Notes under the pieces: model-generated
Seen by the model: only the letters and a program-made list of their open reading frames with translations
Told to the model about the DNA's origin: nothing
The model's database searches: none
Shown here: positions 61,413-64,000 of the stretch, piece by piece
Layout: each line of letters opens with the position of its first letter
How positions within the stretch are numbered: the stretch's first letter is position 1
Translations under genes and position numbers: made by a program
Assembly (NCBI GenBank): GCA_963802345.1
Contig: CAWDIK010000014.1
Span: 52,902-116,901 of the forward strand
Origin: Vicinamibacterales bacterium
GTDB lineage: Bacteria; Acidobacteriota; Vicinamibacteria; Vicinamibacterales; JAMQPK01
Direction of reading: 5' to 3'
Length of the DNA: 64,000 nucleotides

Positions 61413-62909
61413 ATGTCATCTGAAGACGAACAGATCCAGCAGCGGCGCGCCAATCTTGCGAAGCTCGGCGAGATGGGCGTCAGCGCCTATCCCCATCGAT
61501 TCGATCGCACGGACACGATCAGCGATCTCGTCGCCGCCCACGGCGCGAAGTCCGGCCCCGAGCTCGAAGCCACCCGCATTGCGGCGACCACGAGCGGCCG
61601 TATTCTCGGCATCCGCAGCTTCGGCAAGGCGAATTTTCTTGTGCTCTCGGATGGCCGATCGCGTATCCAGGTGTACATCAAGAAGGACTCGCTCTCGGAG
61701 CGCGATTTCGACGTATTTCGCTTGCTCGATTTCGGAGACCTCATCGGCGTCGAAGGCCATCTGTTCCGCACGCGCACCAACGAGCTCACCATCTGGGCGT
61801 CGCGCCTGGAATTTCTCGCCAAGTGCCATCTTCCGCTGCCTGAGAAGTGGCACGGGCTGACCGACATCGAAATCCGCTATCGCCAGCGCTACCTCGATTT
61901 GATCGTCAATCCGGAAGCGCGTGAAGTGTTTCAGGTGCGGAGCAAGGTGCTCGCCGCGCTGCGCGAGTTCCTCGACGCCCGCGGCTATCTCGAAGTCGAG
62001 ACGCCGATGATGCAGCCGATCGCCGGCGGCGCGATGGCGCGGCCGTTCCGCACGCACCATAACGCCCTCGACATCGATCTGTTTCTTCGGATTGCGCCGG
62101 AGTTGTACCTGAAGCGCCTCGTCGTCGGCGGCCTCGAGCGCGTGTACGAGATCAACCGCAATTTCAGGAACGAAGGGATTTCGACGCGGCACAATCCAGA
62201 GTTCACCATGCTCGAGTTCTATCAGGCCTACAGCGACTATCAGGACCTGATGGCGATGACCGAGGAGCTCCTGACGTTTGTCGCGATGTCGGCAACGGGC
62301 AAGGACGCGATCCAGTTCGAGGGCGAGACGATCTCGCTGCGCGCGCCGTTCGCGCGCGTGTCGCTGCGGCAGGCGGCGGCCGATGCGGCATCGAAGAAGC
62401 TGGGGCAGCCGGTTGCCGAGGCCGATCTGCGGGATCACGACAAGGTGAGCGCGCTCGCCGACCGTCTCGGGATCGGCGTCGATCCGAAATTCGGACCAGG
62501 CAAGATCACGACCACGATCTTTGAAACGCTCGTGGAGGAATCGCTGGTGCAACCGACGTTCGTGTACGACTTTCCGACCGAGGTGTCGCCGCTCTCGAAG
62601 CAGCGGCCGGGCGATCCCGATACGGTCGAGCGCTTCGAGCTGTACATCGGGAAGATGGAAATCGCGAACGCGTTCAGCGAGCTCAACGATCCCGTCGAGC
62701 AGCGCAATCGCTTCGAGCAGCAGCTCGAGGAGAAGGCCAAGGGCGACCAGGAAGCGCATGCCATGGACGACGACTACGTGCGCGCGCTCGAGTACGGGCT
62801 GCCACCGACCGCCGGTGAAGGGGTCGGCGTCGATCGGCTCGTGATGCTCCTGACCGACAGCAAGTCGATCCGCGACGTGATTCTGTTTCCTCTCATGCGG
62901 TCAAAATGA
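61413..62909 (+). CDS. lysS: Lysine--tRNA ligase (class II)
   Basis: 498 aa intact with FLEVETPMMQ, YEINRNFRNEG and GLPPTAGEGVGVDRL. Confidence 0.95.
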   Translation: MSSEDEQIQQRRANLAKLGEMGVSAYPHRFDRTDTISDLVAAHGAKSGPELEATRIAATTSGRILGIRSFGKANFLVLSDGRSRIQVYIKKDSLSERDFDVFRLLDFGDLIGVEGHLFRTRTNELTIWASRLEFLAKCHLPLPEKWHGLTDIEIRYRQRYLDLIVNPEAREVFQVRSKVLAALREFLDARGYLEVETPMMQPIAGGAMARPFRTHHNALDIDLFLRIAPELYLKRLVVGGLERVYEINRNFRNEGISTRHNPEFTMLEFYQAYSDYQDLMAMTEELLTFVAMSATGKDAIQFEGETISLRAPFARVSLRQAAADAASKKLGQPVAEADLRDHDKVSALADRLGIGVDPKFGPGKITTTIFETLVEESLVQPTFVYDFPTEVSPLSKQRPGDPDTVERFELYIGKMEIANAFSELNDPVEQRNRFEQQLEEKAKGDQEAHAMDDDYVRALEYGLPPTAGEGVGVDRLVMLLTDSKSIRDVILFPLMRSK

Positions 62910-62911
62910 CC

Positions 62912-62924
62912 GGGGTCTGACCCC
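62912..62924. repeat. Half-site of the GGGGTCTGACCCC palindromic element
   Basis: ggggtctgacccc lies between the lysS stop (62907) and the next ATG (62928). Confidence 0.6.
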
Positions 62925-62927
62925 TAT

Positions 62928-64000
62928 ATGCCATTCGAACTCCAAATCGCCCTGCGTTACTTGCTCGGCCGACGGCGGCAGGCGTTCATCTCCATCATTT
63001 CCGTCGTGTCGACGCTGGGCGTGACCGTCGGCGTCCTTGCCCTGATCGTCGCGATGGCGATGATGACCGGGCTGCAAAGCGAGCTGCGCGATCGCATCCT
63101 CGGCTCGACGCCGCATGCGTACGTCTTCAAGACCACCGGCATCCAGGACTACCGCGCCGAGATCGAGGCGCTGCGCAAGATTCCGCACGTCGTCGGCGTC
63201 GCGCCCGCTTTTCTGGGTCGCGCCATGGCGTCGTCCCCGAGCGCCGATGCCTTCATCAACTTCAAAGGCATCGACCCCGAGCTCGAGGGCACTGTGACCG
63301 AAATCGAGCAATCGATCGTGGCGGGGAAGCTGGCCGATCTCAGGCCGCGCAACGATGAAGACCACGACGGCATCGTGCTTGGCCAGGATCTGGCGAAGCA
63401 GCTCGGCGTGAGCGTCGGCGACCGCATCAACCTGCTGACGCCGACGGGCACGCTCAATCCGTTCACCGGCATGTCGCCCCGTATCAGGCCGATGCGTGTG
63501 GCCGCCATCTTCCGGCTGGGCCTCTACGAGGTCGACAACACGTTTGGCCTCGTCTCGCTGGATGTCGCTGCCCGCGTGCTGAACAAAACGCAGCCGGAAA
63601 TGATGCAGCTGGCGTTCGACGATATCTATGCGGCCTCGGAGGTCACGGCGAGCATTCCCCGAATTCTCGGCGACCGCTACGTCGTGCAGGACTGGACGAC
63701 GATGAACCGGCCGCTGTTCGAGGCGCTGTTTCTCGAGAAGCTCGCGGTCTCGATCACCATCGGCCTCATCGTGATGGTCGCCGCGCTCAACATCATCGCG
63801 TCGCTGGTGCTGCTCGTGATGGAGAAAACCGCCGACATCGCGATTCTCAAGACCATGGGGGCCACGTCGCGCAGCATCATGTACGTGTTCATGCTGCAGG
63901 GGCTCATCATCGGCACCATCGGCACGGGCATCGGCGCGGTCGCCGGCGTGGTGATCTCGTGGGTGATGAACCGCTACCAGCTCCTGCGCGTGCCAGGGAT
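62928..64000 (+). CDS. Lipoprotein-releasing system permease (LolC/E, FtsX-like), 3' end outside window
   Basis: MPFELQIALRYLLGRRRQAFISIISVVSTLGV...ILKTMGAT. The frame is open to the window end, so it is absent from the ORF track. Confidence 0.8.
   Translation, partial: MPFELQIALRYLLGRRRQAFISIISVVSTLGVTVGVLALIVAMAMMTGLQSELRDRILGSTPHAYVFKTTGIQDYRAEIEALRKIPHVVGVAPAFLGRAMASSPSADAFINFKGIDPELEGTVTEIEQSIVAGKLADLRPRNDEDHDGIVLGQDLAKQLGVSVGDRINLLTPTGTLNPFTGMSPRIRPMRVAAIFRLGLYEVDNTFGLVSLDVAARVLNKTQPEMMQLAFDDIYAASEVTASIPRILGDRYVVQDWTTMNRPLFEALFLEKLAVSITIGLIVMVAALNIIASLVLLVMEKTADIAILKTMGATSRSIMYVFMLQGLIIGTIGTGIGAVAGVVISWVMNRYQLLRVPG

Overview
High-GC (over 60%) bacterial chromosome segment, mostly housekeeping. 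The gene content (VWFA-related secreted protein plus DUF4159, Sdh1-type sdhCAB, split methylmalonyl-CoA mutase) suggests Acidobacteriota, but that is inference only. Recognisable genes include rpsA (3' end), an IHF/HU-like gene, HIT, an AP-superfamily phosphodiesterase, acyl-CoA dehydrogenase, mutase large and B12 subunits, valS, nadC, birA, coaX, argS, mobA, nfeD with an SPFH gene, a SPOR gene, a REC-GGDEF-EAL regulator, lnt, prfB (programmed +1 frameshift), mrcA, dnaK-dnaJ-hspR, a dnaC-like ATPase, hemW, meaB, an epimerase-MBL fusion, mtnP, a PfkB kinase, pfp, a STAS gene, a DNA methyltransferase, ribH-nusB, lysS and a lolC/E-type permease. I found no rRNA, tRNA, CRISPR array, transposase or integrase. 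Four things stand out. (1) A ~4.15-kb direct tandem duplication of a [small TPR-like gene]-sdhB-sdhA-sdhC module. In its second copy, a ~290-nt tract differs from copy 1 almost only at positions where copy 2 has adenine on the plus strand. This resembles a DGR template/variable-repeat pair, but no reverse transcriptase is visible and the orientation is odd. (2) Degenerate heptanucleotide tandem repeats fill many short intergenic spacers and intrude into coding termini and into argS. (3) A short GGGGTCTGACCCC-based palindromic element occurs three times, once as a perfect 42-nt in-frame insertion in argS. (4) I count roughly 25 or more single-base frameshifts in otherwise clearly functional, often essential genes. 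That points to indel errors in the assembly rather than true pseudogenes, so every disruption call here needs read-level confirmation.
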